Source of the DNA: an uncultured Rikenella sp.
Lineage (GTDB): Bacteria > Bacteroidota > Bacteroidia > Bacteroidales > VadinHA17
Assembly: GCA_964455705.1 (NCBI GenBank)
Contig: CAYVYM010000006.1
Coordinates: forward strand, 25,805-89,804
Direction: 5' to 3'
Length of the DNA: 64,000 nucleotides
Shown here: piece after piece, positions 26,092 through 36,383 of the stretch
Layout: each line of letters opens with the position of its first letter
How positions within the stretch are numbered: position 1 is the stretch's first letter
Made by a program: the position numbers and the translations under genes
Notes under the pieces: model-generated
What the model was told of the DNA's origin: nothing
The model's input: only the letters and a program-made list of their open reading frames with translations
Databases searched by the model: none

Positions 26092-29000
26092 ATGAGAACA
26101 AAACTATTAATGTTGTTTGCGGTTTTGGGACTGATGCTTTCACAAAGCATTTATGCTCAGCCTAAAACCGTGACAGGGACTGTCACAGACGCCACGACGG
26201 GTGAAACGTTGCCTGGTGTCAATGTGATAATCCAGAACACCACCATCGGTACAAGCACTGATCTGAATGGTTCCTTCTCGATCAGCGTTTCTCCCGGACA
26301 GGTGCTAGTCTTTACCTCTCTTGGATACGCATCACACGAGATAGCTGTTGGCGCTGCCAACAGGATTGACGTGAGTTTGAGTCCTGATGTTGAGTTTATT
26401 GAAGAAGTAGTGGTCGTCGGGTATGGCACCCAGAGAAGGGCTAACCTGACAGGCGCAGTTTCTTCAGTGAATGTTGGAAAGACACTTGAGGCAAGGCCTA
26501 TAGCTGATGTCGGTCGTGGCCTGCAGGGTACAATGCCCGGTCTCAGCATAGTTATCCCCAGCGGTGAGATAGGATCAGATCCGATCATGAAGATCCGCGG
26601 TCAGATCGGTTCACTTCAGGGCGGATCTTCGCCTCTGATATTGGTCGATAACGTTGAGATACCCTCGATTCAGATGCTGAACCCGGATGATATTGAGTCG
26701 ATCTCAGTTCTGAAGGATGCAGCATCATCATCGATCTACGGTGCAAAGGCAGCCTTCGGTGTAATCCTGATAACCACAAAAAAGGGTGCGAAAAATCAGG
26801 GTGTGAATGTATCTTACAATGGCAACCTTTCTTTCCAGAACATCTCAAAGAAAATGGAAATGGGAGGTCTCGACGCGCTGGAATACACCCTTGCAGCACT
26901 TGAACGTGTTGGAGGTACTGTGGCCGGGGCATTCTGGTACGTCACTCGTGAGGGCTATGAAAAAGCTGTTGAGTGGAAGGAGAATTGGGGGGATATTGTC
27001 AAGCCTGATGACCCGATGCTCTATGGTCGTGACTGGTATGTTGATGCCAACAACTATAAAATCGGACTAAGGACTTATGACCCTTATCATTATATGATAA
27101 AGGAGTGGGCCCCGACTCAGTTGCATAACTTCTCAGTAAATGGTAAAACAGGAAACACAGATTACAATATAGGTCTTGGCTACCTGGACCAGACTGGCAT
27201 CAATAAGCCGGCAAAAATTGACGATTTCAAACGATATAACGGATCGATCAGGGTAGGAACTGATGTGAATGACTGGCTCAGAGTGACAGCAGGTGCATTA
27301 TATTCAAAGCGTAATAAAAGATATGCATATGCTACCAACTCTACAACGGCAGACCCATGGCTCTATCTTTACCGCTGGGCGCCTACATATCCGATGACCA
27401 CAGAAGACGGAGACCCGATCCGCAGCCCATATTACGAAATGGAAGCTGCCAACACAGCCTTCATGGAGAATAACTATACAAGCGTGAACGGTGGATTAGT
27501 AATCACTCCGGTTAAGGACTGGAGTATTAACTTCGACTATACACATGCCAACCTGGAATACATCAACAAAAGGCCGGGTACCAGGTATACGGCACGCAAC
27601 AGTTGGGGAGCAGCTCTTCCAAAGAATGATGAAAACGGTGACAGAATATATGTCGACGACAGCGGTCAGGTCGTCTCTTCAACTGCTCCCGGGGCAATGC
27701 CGGCATTTAAACTGGATATGTTGACATACACATCGCCCGGAGGTAATCCTGATCATGTTTACCGTCGTGTTCAGAATGATCAGCGGAATACTACGAACCT
27801 TTACACCACTTACGACTTGAATGTGATGGATGATCATCAGTTCAGGTTCATGGCGGGGATGAACAGGGTATCTTATGAGTATGCTTACAACTGGTCCCAG
27901 ACCACCCAGTTAATTGATTACAATAACCCACAGTTTGACCTTGCATACGGAACACAGACCACCAGTGGCGGAGAACATTGGGAGTCACAGTTGGGCTTCT
28001 ACGGACGCATCAACTACAATTTCAAGGAAAAATACCTGATTGAAGCAAATCTCAGGTATGACGGAACCTCAAAATTCCCAACGCATCTTCAGTGGCGCTG
28101 GTTCCCCTCATTCTCCGCAGGCTGGATAGCTACAGAGGAAGAGTTTTTTGATTGGGCAAGGCCGGCACTCAGTCTTCTTAAGTTTCGCGGGTCATGGGGT
28201 ACAATCGGGGACCAGTCAGTTTCCAACTCACTCTACATCCCCACTATGGGTGGTTCAGAGAACATGTGGTTGCTCGGAGGCGCCAAGCTTTACCAGTTCG
28301 CCACTCCCGGGTCTGTTTCTGCTTCAGTAACATGGCAGGATATCACAACGCTTAACCTGGGGGTCGATGCCCGTTTCCTGAGCAACCACTTTGGAGTTAC
28401 TTTCGACTGGTTCAGACGCGATACAAGGAATATGATTGTTCCTCAGGAGGGTCTTCCGACAACATTCGGTACAGGTGCACCTCAGAGCAACTTCGGATCA
28501 CTGCGCACCCACGGGATTGAACTTCAACTGGATTACAACTACCGGTTTGAGAACGGACTGGGTATTACAGTTACAGCAACCCTTGCTGACGCTGTATCCA
28601 CTATCACCGAATACGGCTCAACAAAGAGCATAGATTCATGGTATGTAGGGAAAACCTATGGTGAGATCTGGGGCTATGAAACCGATCGGCTCTTCCAGGC
28701 AGGGGACTTTGCCTATGACAATGAAGGCAACCTGATTAGGATTACGGTGCCCAATGAGACAGGAAGTGCCAATTATACCATAAATCAGCTTTCCGACCCG
28801 GCTAATGTTGCGATACAGGGAAGACTGCAGGCAGGTAACTTCTATTTTGGTCCCGGCGATGTGAAATTCGTTGATCAGAATGGCGACGGATACATCAATC
28901 CCGGAAACAGGCTGATAGAAGACGCAGACGGAAATCCGGACTATGGCGATCTCAAGATCATTGGCAACTCAACCCCGAGATTTATGTACGGGTTCCGTAC

Positions 29001-29508
29001 TGACCTTGATTTCAGGGGAGTAGATTTCTCATTCTTTTTACAGGGCGTCGGCAGACGTGAAGTCTGGGGCGATGGATTCCTGGCTATCCCGGGGTACTAT
29101 ACTTCAAATGGAGCCATGCCACAGGCTTTTGCCGGTGATTTCTGGAGAGAAGACAGAACCGATGCCTTCTACCCGCGTCCTTACAATCAGGCCGGAAGCA
29201 GCACGACACTTAACATGCAGCCCCAGACAAAGTATTTGCTGAATATGGCATATCTGAGGCTGAAGAATATTACTCTTGGTTATACATTACCTGCAAACCT
29301 GACGAAGAAGATAATGATAAGCAGATTACGCGTTTATGTCGCCCTTGAGAATTTCTTAACGTTTGACCATCTGGGTACAATACCTATTGACCCCGAAGAG
29401 ATACAGGGATATTCCATGTGGAATACATCTAACTATAACCTGGGTCGTACAGGTGTTGGTGTACCTACTTTCAAGAGCGCCTCGGTCGGTCTTCAGGTTA
29501 ACTTCTAA
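26092..29508 (+). CDS. susC: SusC/RagA-family TonB-dependent outer-membrane transporter (pair 1)
   Basis: 1138 aa. It has a signal peptide and the CarboxypepD_reg-like block TVTGTVTDATTGETLPGVNVIIQNTTIGTSTDLNGSFSI. The plug block is DIESISVLKDAASSSIYG. It ends in the terminal Phe ...VGLQVNF and is followed 11 bp later by a SusD gene. Confidence 0.92.
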   Translation: MRTKLLMLFAVLGLMLSQSIYAQPKTVTGTVTDATTGETLPGVNVIIQNTTIGTSTDLNGSFSISVSPGQVLVFTSLGYASHEIAVGAANRIDVSLSPDVEFIEEVVVVGYGTQRRANLTGAVSSVNVGKTLEARPIADVGRGLQGTMPGLSIVIPSGEIGSDPIMKIRGQIGSLQGGSSPLILVDNVEIPSIQMLNPDDIESISVLKDAASSSIYGAKAAFGVILITTKKGAKNQGVNVSYNGNLSFQNISKKMEMGGLDALEYTLAALERVGGTVAGAFWYVTREGYEKAVEWKENWGDIVKPDDPMLYGRDWYVDANNYKIGLRTYDPYHYMIKEWAPTQLHNFSVNGKTGNTDYNIGLGYLDQTGINKPAKIDDFKRYNGSIRVGTDVNDWLRVTAGALYSKRNKRYAYATNSTTADPWLYLYRWAPTYPMTTEDGDPIRSPYYEMEAANTAFMENNYTSVNGGLVITPVKDWSINFDYTHANLEYINKRPGTRYTARNSWGAALPKNDENGDRIYVDDSGQVVSSTAPGAMPAFKLDMLTYTSPGGNPDHVYRRVQNDQRNTTNLYTTYDLNVMDDHQFRFMAGMNRVSYEYAYNWSQTTQLIDYNNPQFDLAYGTQTTSGGEHWESQLGFYGRINYNFKEKYLIEANLRYDGTSKFPTHLQWRWFPSFSAGWIATEEEFFDWARPALSLLKFRGSWGTIGDQSVSNSLYIPTMGGSENMWLLGGAKLYQFATPGSVSASVTWQDITTLNLGVDARFLSNHFGVTFDWFRRDTRNMIVPQEGLPTTFGTGAPQSNFGSLRTHGIELQLDYNYRFENGLGITVTATLADAVSTITEYGSTKSIDSWYVGKTYGEIWGYETDRLFQAGDFAYDNEGNLIRITVPNETGSANYTINQLSDPANVAIQGRLQAGNFYFGPGDVKFVDQNGDGYINPGNRLIEDADGNPDYGDLKIIGNSTPRFMYGFRTDLDFRGVDFSFFLQGVGRREVWGDGFLAIPGYYTSNGAMPQAFAGDFWREDRTDAFYPRPYNQAGSSTTLNMQPQTKYLLNMAYLRLKNITLGYTLPANLTKKIMISRLRVYVALENFLTFDHLGTIPIDPEEIQGYSMWNTSNYNLGRTGVGVPTFKSASVGLQVNF

Positions 29509-29519
29509 AATTAAGAATT

Positions 29520-31346
29520 ATGAAAAGAAAATTAATCATAATAGCTGCGGTAGCTCTTGTATTAAGCGGATGCGAGGAATTCCTCGACAGACCGTCATTA
29601 ACTACCATGAACGACCAGAACTACTGGACTTCTGAAAATAATCTTCGCCTTTTTTCGCATGGGTTCTATATTAACTACTTTGTGGGTTATAACAATACAT
29701 GGGGTGTTGATTATGCACCTTTGAGGGGATATTACTTTTCCGATGACTTAACACAGACCGGTAAACAGATTGGCTTTGAGACCCAGCCTCCTGCATCCAG
29801 AGCATCAACAAGCGAAGCTCCTTCAATGATGATCACCTATGCCGGTCCATCCTGGAATTTTTCACATGTCAGAAAGTCAAACCTTTTCCTTGAAAGGATT
29901 GATGGAATGAAGGGTGGAATAATCACTGACGAAGCCTACAATCACTGGAGTGCCGTGGCCCGTTTCTTCAGGGGTTATGAGTACAGCCGGCTGGTCAGTG
30001 TGTTCGGTGATGTGCCCTACTACGACAAAGTGATACTCGATACAGAAACAGATCTGCTCTACAAAGACAGAGACAGCAGGACACTTGTCATGGACAAAGT
30101 CTATGATGATTTTGTCTATGTGCTGGCCAATATGCGCCTTGCTGACGGGAATGCCCAGTATCTTAACAGGTATATCGCAGCCGGATTTATTTCAAGGTTC
30201 ATGCTCTTCGAAGGTACATGGCAGAAATACCACCTGAACAATACTGAGAAAGCCCAGAAATATCTGCAACTGGCGGTGGATGCTGCGAACCTCGTTATGG
30301 AATCAGGCAAGTACACATTCACCAGCGATTTCCGATCCCTGTTCGGATCGCAGGATCTGGCAGGCAACAAAGAGGTGATCATGTATCGGCATTACGATGC
30401 AGCCCTGGGTGTTACACACCATATTGCATCCTATGCAAATACAACCGAAAGTCAGCCGCAGGCAGGCAACCTGTGGCTTGCCAAGTCATTCATCTGTGCT
30501 GACGGACAGGTTTACCAGTCATCGACACTGCCAGATGCAGACAAGCTTGATTTTGCGAGTATGATCGCAACACGCGACCCACGCTTTGAAGCCACTTTCT
30601 GGGATACGCCAATGAAAGAGGCTGGCACATTACTTCTCTCTGACAAGTTCATTGACAGGATAGGCCCGACCTATTATGGTGGTTCGTATCCTCCTCAATA
30701 CGGTTCGAACACCAATACAAATGATGCCCCTGTGATGAGGCTTGGTGAGGTTGTCCTTAACTGGATAGAGGCAAAGGCAGAAATAGCCTCGATGGGTGGC
30801 GCGGCTGTCACTCAGGCAGATATTGACGCTTCGATCAACGCGATACGCAATCGCCCGCTGGATGCAGTTGCCATTGACAAAGGGATACAAAAAACTGCTC
30901 CTATGACCCTGGCCGCTCTTCCTGATGATCCTGACCGTGATGCCGATGTCTCTCCACTGATCTGGGAGATACGCCGCGAGCGCAGAATGGAGTTTGTATA
31001 TGAACATTCACGTCTGCTCGATATCAAACGTTGGAAGAAGATCAGTTATATGGATGTCACTACAAATCCCGATCTACACCTGGGGCTATGGGTTGATTTC
31101 CAGAATGAGTATCCAGAGTGGCTGATCCCGGCCAAGGTAGACAAACTGAAGGTTCTTGACGGTGACGGTGTTGTGATAACCTATGACGGCACCAATGCCG
31201 CAGATATAGTAGGATTCTATATCCCTGATAACATTGCACCAAGGGATGCATTCACTGACAGGGTTTATCTTGCACCTGTTGGTATGAACCAGATAACCCA
31301 GTACACAGAGAAGGGTTATACGCTGACTCAGACGCCAGGCTGGTAG
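29520..31346 (+). CDS. susD: SusD/RagB-family nutrient-binding lipoprotein (pair 1)
   Basis: Lipoprotein signal MKRKLIIIAAVALVLSGC. The SusD-type block is RFFRGYEYSRLVSVFGDVPYY. The C-terminal segment is IRRERRMEFVYEHSRLLDIKRW. Confidence 0.9.
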   Translation: MKRKLIIIAAVALVLSGCEEFLDRPSLTTMNDQNYWTSENNLRLFSHGFYINYFVGYNNTWGVDYAPLRGYYFSDDLTQTGKQIGFETQPPASRASTSEAPSMMITYAGPSWNFSHVRKSNLFLERIDGMKGGIITDEAYNHWSAVARFFRGYEYSRLVSVFGDVPYYDKVILDTETDLLYKDRDSRTLVMDKVYDDFVYVLANMRLADGNAQYLNRYIAAGFISRFMLFEGTWQKYHLNNTEKAQKYLQLAVDAANLVMESGKYTFTSDFRSLFGSQDLAGNKEVIMYRHYDAALGVTHHIASYANTTESQPQAGNLWLAKSFICADGQVYQSSTLPDADKLDFASMIATRDPRFEATFWDTPMKEAGTLLLSDKFIDRIGPTYYGGSYPPQYGSNTNTNDAPVMRLGEVVLNWIEAKAEIASMGGAAVTQADIDASINAIRNRPLDAVAIDKGIQKTAPMTLAALPDDPDRDADVSPLIWEIRRERRMEFVYEHSRLLDIKRWKKISYMDVTTNPDLHLGLWVDFQNEYPEWLIPAKVDKLKVLDGDGVVITYDGTNAADIVGFYIPDNIAPRDAFTDRVYLAPVGMNQITQYTEKGYTLTQTPGW

Positions 31347-31388
31347 CAGTGCCAGAGCTCCGGAAGGAGTAGAACCAGGATTAGTTAT

Positions 31389-31419
31389 AGCAGAGACGCT
31401 GAAATACAGCGTCTCTGCT
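31389..31419 (+). terminator. Intrinsic-terminator-like hairpin after SusD pair 1
   Basis: A perfect 13-bp stem AGCAGAGACGCTG / CAGCGTCTCTGCT with loop AAATA, followed by TATTGTG. It is 43 bp after the stop codon. Confidence 0.7.
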
Positions 31420-31604
31420 TATTGTGCGCCCGGCATGAGCGATAACTTTAGGGTGAGAGTCCTGAGTATCAGATGCCTGGCGAAAAGTTAAAAGAACTTA
31501 GTGAAGCTAAAGGGCTTTTGCAAAGACAGGTTGCTGTTCAAATTTATTCTCTTGGTATTGGGGTTTAATTACCTTTAAATAGTAATCGAAATCAAAACTT
31601 ATAT

Positions 31605-32960
31605 ATGATGATGAATTTTACAATTATATTAAAGAGAGTGTTTTTGATCTGTGTTGGTATTTCCCTGGTAAGCGCATGTTCAACACAAAAGAACACGACT
31701 GTGCAAACCGAGATCTGCAAGTGGCAATATGGGAAAAGAGGCGCTGTATCAATTACATTCGATGGCGGCACAATAAACCAATTCCGTAAAGTCTTGCCTA
31801 TAATGAATAGTCTAGAGTTTCCCGGAACATTTTTCATCACTACCGGGATAATACCCGGCTCACAATACCAGGGAAGATTTATTGGCCGTTCGGTAGATAC
31901 AATTATCAAAGAGACAGCAACAATACCCACCAATGAAGATAATTTATTGGAGCGGTCCTCGGCAGCGCCATTCCTCGGCTATGCGGGTACTCTTGACTAC
32001 CAGCACACAGCCGGGAATCTAATCGAAAAAGAGATGTTCGAAGAAGCTTATATTATCATTGACGAGTTTTATGAAAAAGTACGAAATGGGGAGTTCGAGC
32101 CTGGACATTCTATCAATCCGGATCTATTAGTGGGCCTGGGTGTTACATGGGATGACATCAGGTTATATGCCACGCAGGGTCATGAGTTTGCAGGTCATAC
32201 GATTACACATCCAAATATGGCTGCCTTAGATGAGGCGAATATGCTTTATGAGCTTGAAAAGAGCGCAGAAGAAATTCGTAACCAACTTAGCCTCGAATAT
32301 GTATTTTCGGTAGAATGTCCTTACGGCACTGAAAATGAACGAGTAATGGAATATACATATAAAACATATCCTGCTTCGAGGAACAGAATGCCTGAACAAT
32401 ATCTGGAAGAGCTTAACCGCGGAAGCCGTAAAAATCCAGGTTCTTCAAATATGGAATATGTTCAGTGGCAACGCGGAGCACGTACTAAGTATACTCCAGA
32501 GTTGATGAAATCATGGATTGATACAACTGCCACTCATGACAATATCTGGCTTGTACTTGTATTCCATGGTGTTGACAGTATAGGATGGGAAGCTATTCCC
32601 AGCGAGTTGTATGATGAGTATTTCAAATATATTAAATCCAAAGAAAAGGATATCTGGATAGCTACGTTTGCTGATGTGACAAAATATATGCGTGAAAGAA
32701 AGAATTCAGATATTAAATCTGTAGGAAATTCAAGAAAGATAACAGTAAACATTTCGCATTCGCTCGATAAAGCAATGTATAACATTCCGTTAACCCTAAA
32801 AACCTATGTGCCTTCCGATTGGGACGAAGTACAAGTAAAACAGGGGGGCAATAAGAAAATAATACTCCCCCTTCGTGATGATAAAGGCAGTTTTGTGCTT
32901 TATCAGGCATATCCGAATTCAGATGATGTAGAAGTGTCCAAAAAGAATCTCGCTTTTTAG
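31605..32960 (+). CDS. CE4 (NodB-homology) polysaccharide deacetylase lipoprotein
   Basis: Lipoprotein signal ...ICVGISLVSAC. NodB motif 1 variant is GAVSITFDGG. Motif 2 is GHTITHPNM. The gene is low in GC (roughly 35-42% on sampled lines). Confidence 0.75.
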   Translation: MMMNFTIILKRVFLICVGISLVSACSTQKNTTVQTEICKWQYGKRGAVSITFDGGTINQFRKVLPIMNSLEFPGTFFITTGIIPGSQYQGRFIGRSVDTIIKETATIPTNEDNLLERSSAAPFLGYAGTLDYQHTAGNLIEKEMFEEAYIIIDEFYEKVRNGEFEPGHSINPDLLVGLGVTWDDIRLYATQGHEFAGHTITHPNMAALDEANMLYELEKSAEEIRNQLSLEYVFSVECPYGTENERVMEYTYKTYPASRNRMPEQYLEELNRGSRKNPGSSNMEYVQWQRGARTKYTPELMKSWIDTTATHDNIWLVLVFHGVDSIGWEAIPSELYDEYFKYIKSKEKDIWIATFADVTKYMRERKNSDIKSVGNSRKITVNISHSLDKAMYNIPLTLKTYVPSDWDEVQVKQGGNKKIILPLRDDKGSFVLYQAYPNSDDVEVSKKNLAF

Positions 32961-33119
32961 TCATTAATGATGCGTTAATATTTCACTGAAAATGAATAAG
33001 TTGAATTGTTCTTTGAGCTTCACAAAGTATTGTATGCTGCTTTAGTATACCACCATTACAAACCGGATAGAACCAGGCTCAAAAAATTCAATTTAAATAC
33101 TTAAGAAATACTTTATGTT

Positions 33120-36074
33120 ATGGCATTAAAAAGATTTTCTTCAATCCTAGCAATTACTCTTTGTACACTGGTTTATGCTTCTGTGTTAAAGTCGCAGCCA
33201 AAAGATCCTCCTTTCTTGCAGTATATGGATCATCCGTGGGTTGATTCAGTATTAAATACGCTGACGCTTGATCAGCAGATAGCACAATGTATTTGGGTTG
33301 CCGGCTGGTCCAACAAGGATGTATCGCATGCAGTTGAGATGAGCAATATTATTGAAAAATATGGAATCGGAGGTGTTGTCTTCTTTCAGGGCACTCCTGA
33401 AAAACAGGCTGAACTGACAAATTTCTACCAGAAAATATCCAGGGTGCCTTTGATAATATCAATTGATGCTGAATGGGGTGTTGGAATGAGACTCACAGGT
33501 GTTGAAAAATTTCCGTATCAGATGACACTGGGAGCTATAGAAAATGATTCACTGATTTATGAATTTGGTACAGTAGTCGCGTCTCAGCTCAGAAGACTTG
33601 GTGTTCATGTTAACCTGGCCCCTGTTGCAGATATAAATATCAACCCTCAAAATCCTGTGATCAACTACCGTTCATTCGGAGAAGTTCGGGTAAATGTTGC
33701 AGACAAGACTGCAATGTATCTGAAAGGAATGCAGGATAATGGAATTATTGGAAGTGCAAAGCATTTTCCCGGCCATGGCGTTACTAATGTTGATTCCCAT
33801 CTTGATCTGCCTCTTATATCATATTCAAGGACACAGCTCGACAGTATAGAGATGTTTCCTTTCCGAAGGCTGATAGAGGAAGGTGCCGGAAGCATAATGA
33901 CGGCTCACCTTAATCTCCCCTCGCTCGATACCACAACCTCTCTACCCGCCACCCTGTCGCAGATTATCATAACAGATCTGCTTAAGAATGAGTTGGGATT
34001 CAAGGGACTGATCATAACTGACGCAATGAATATGAAGAGCATAACAAAATATTTTAATCAGGGCGAAGCCAACGCCAAAGCTCTTGAAGCCGGGAATGAT
34101 GTTATCGAATTTGTTACAGACGTTGAAGGCGCAATTAAAGAAACAAAAAAGTTTATAGCTGCCCAAAAACTCACAAGTGAAGATATTGCCCTTAAAGTCA
34201 GAAAAATACTTGCTGTAAAATACTGGGCAGGACTGAATAAAATACAGCCGGTCAGCACTGAAAATATTGACAGAGATCTTTCGCCTATGTCAACAAAAGC
34301 ATTAATACGTGAACTATATGCAAATGCGATGACAGTGCTGAAGAATGATAAAAATATACTGCCGCTTAAGAACCTCGATAATACCAGTATTGCCACATTG
34401 GCTATAAACAGGAAGTATCCTTCACTTTTTCAGCAAAGAATTGCCACATATATCCCTGCAGATAATTTCTTCTTTAATCCATCTGATACAACTAACCCTG
34501 ACGACCTGCTATCTAAACTATCAGATTATGATATAGTTATTACCGGAGTATTTGGTCTCGACCAACGTCCGTACCGGGGATTCGGAATAGAACCAGGTGT
34601 AGAAAGTTTTATAAATAAGCTTGTTGCAAACAACAAGACAATAATTACATGGTTCGGAAATCCTTATGGTATTGATAAAATAGAATCGCTTAGTTCTTCT
34701 GATGCACTAATTCTTGCCTATCAGGAGAACGATTACAATGAAGATCTGGCTCCTCAGCTAATTTTCGGAGGCATTGGAGCACGTGGTGTTTTGCCTGTAA
34801 CGATTAACGAAAAATGGCCCTCTGGCTACGGAATTATCACCCCGGGCAATTTAAGACTTCAATATGGCATTCCTGAAAGCGTCGGCATTTCTTCGGAGTT
34901 TCTTGGGAACAGGATTGATTCAATTGTCAGTATCGGTTTGGCGGCAAAAGCATATCCGGGATGTGAGATTATTATAGCCCATAAAGGGATGGTTATTTTT
35001 CAGAAAAGCTATGGCTACCATACTTACGACAAAAGAGTGCTGGTTAAGGAAGATGATCTGTTTGATCTGGCTTCAGTAACCAAGGTGTCTTCATCTTTGC
35101 CAGGGTTTATGCTGCTTGATACTGAAGGAAAGTTTTCTCCTGACAAAACGCTGGGCAGCTATCTTCCTTATTACCAGCGTTCAAATAAAGGTGATCTTAT
35201 AATGAGGGACATATTTGCCCATCAGGCGGGATTAACCGGAGTATCATTCTGGCGAAAAACAATTAAAGAAGACGGCAGGTTTAAATGGCACACCCTGAGT
35301 AATGATTTTTCAAAGAGATATCCGGTTAAGGTCGCGCACAATATTTATCTCCACAAGAATTTCCGCAAAAAGATGTTTTCTGAAATGAAAAAAAGAAAAC
35401 TGGGAGAAAAGAAATATAACTATACAGATCTCACATTTATTATTACCCCGGAAATTATTGAGACAATAACCGGAGAGCATTGGCATAATTATGTGACAAC
35501 AAATATTTATAAAAAGATTGGGGCCTACGACCTGGGATTTAACCCTTATTTGAAATACCCTTTAAGCAGGATTGTCCCCACTGAATATGACTCTCTTTTC
35601 AGGAAACAACAGTTAGTTGGGACCGTGCATGATGAAACAGCAGGAATGCTCGGGGGTATATCGGGACATGCAGGATTATTTACCACAGCGAATGACCTCT
35701 TAAAGCTAATGGAGCTTTATCGTAGAATGGGCGATTATGGAGGAGAGCAAATTATTGGAAGGGATGTGATGGAAGAATATACAAGTGTGCAATTTCCGGA
35801 GAATAATAACCGTAGGGGTCTTGGGTTTGACAAACCACTGCTTAATAATTCTGAACTCACTCAGCGGGAATCTTATCCTACAAGAGGAGCCTCTCCTGAA
35901 AGCTTTGGACACTCAGGCTACACAGGTACATTTGTATGGGTTGATCCGGTTTATGAAATTTCTTATGTTTTCCTTAGCAACAGGGTTTATCCTACAAGAA
36001 ACAACTCGCGTTTGTACGATCTGAATATCAGGTCTGAAATACTCCAGGCTATTTACGATTCAATACAGGAATAG
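33120..36074 (+). CDS. GH3 beta-N-acetylglucosaminidase (NagZ-like) fused to a beta-lactamase-fold serine hydrolase (AmiE/YbbE-like) domain
   Basis: 984 aa with a signal peptide. The NagZ-type block is SAKHFPGHGVTNVDSHLDLP. The C-terminal half has SxxK (DLASVTKVSS) and the KTG-equivalent FGHSGYTGTFVWVDP. The gene is low in GC. Confidence 0.8.
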   Translation: MALKRFSSILAITLCTLVYASVLKSQPKDPPFLQYMDHPWVDSVLNTLTLDQQIAQCIWVAGWSNKDVSHAVEMSNIIEKYGIGGVVFFQGTPEKQAELTNFYQKISRVPLIISIDAEWGVGMRLTGVEKFPYQMTLGAIENDSLIYEFGTVVASQLRRLGVHVNLAPVADININPQNPVINYRSFGEVRVNVADKTAMYLKGMQDNGIIGSAKHFPGHGVTNVDSHLDLPLISYSRTQLDSIEMFPFRRLIEEGAGSIMTAHLNLPSLDTTTSLPATLSQIIITDLLKNELGFKGLIITDAMNMKSITKYFNQGEANAKALEAGNDVIEFVTDVEGAIKETKKFIAAQKLTSEDIALKVRKILAVKYWAGLNKIQPVSTENIDRDLSPMSTKALIRELYANAMTVLKNDKNILPLKNLDNTSIATLAINRKYPSLFQQRIATYIPADNFFFNPSDTTNPDDLLSKLSDYDIVITGVFGLDQRPYRGFGIEPGVESFINKLVANNKTIITWFGNPYGIDKIESLSSSDALILAYQENDYNEDLAPQLIFGGIGARGVLPVTINEKWPSGYGIITPGNLRLQYGIPESVGISSEFLGNRIDSIVSIGLAAKAYPGCEIIIAHKGMVIFQKSYGYHTYDKRVLVKEDDLFDLASVTKVSSSLPGFMLLDTEGKFSPDKTLGSYLPYYQRSNKGDLIMRDIFAHQAGLTGVSFWRKTIKEDGRFKWHTLSNDFSKRYPVKVAHNIYLHKNFRKKMFSEMKKRKLGEKKYNYTDLTFIITPEIIETITGEHWHNYVTTNIYKKIGAYDLGFNPYLKYPLSRIVPTEYDSLFRKQQLVGTVHDETAGMLGGISGHAGLFTTANDLLKLMELYRRMGDYGGEQIIGRDVMEEYTSVQFPENNNRRGLGFDKPLLNNSELTQRESYPTRGASPESFGHSGYTGTFVWVDPVYEISYVFLSNRVYPTRNNSRLYDLNIRSEILQAIYDSIQE

Positions 36075-36126
36075 TAAGATAACTCAAGGCTCTTCACGGT
36101 TTTAAATCCGCTTCTCCAGAGGAGAC

Positions 36127-36150
36127 CTCCCATCGGGGAGCTGCTTTTTT
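36127..36150 (+). terminator. Short hairpin plus T-tract after the GH3/beta-lactamase-fold gene
   Basis: CTCCC-ATCG-GGGAG followed by CTGCTTTTTT. The stem is short, so confidence is moderate. Confidence 0.45.
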
Positions 36151-36227
36151 GGATGAGCCGCTTATGCCTCCGGAAGGAGAAAACAAAAAAAGCACAATTA
36201 AACCCAATAATTTGTATTATGAATTAT

Positions 36228-36235
36228 GTATCTTG
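36228..36235 (+). promoter_or_regulatory. -7-like box TATCTTGG upstream of SusC pair 2
   Basis: It shares TGTATCTTG-N3-ATGG with the SusC pair 1 module at 26008-26024. It is preceded by the degenerate TTGTATTATGAA at 36211-36222. Confidence 0.4.
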
Positions 36236-36383
36236 GCCATGGAAAATGAATAGATGCGGAAGTGTGAGTTTGTTATTTTTCCTGGGATAAATCATGGAAA
36301 CTTGCTTAATTGATAAACATAATATGAGTAAGTCTGTTGTATTGTTTTACCTATTACTAAATACTAACCTAAAATCTTAATTT

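Noticed and set aside
36211-36222. TTGTATTATGAA upstream of SusC pair 2 was considered as a further operator copy.
   Set aside because: It is not palindromic (C replaced by TG), and the spacing to the TATCTTG box is 5 bp instead of 17 bp. It is mentioned only as a degenerate relative, not called as a site.
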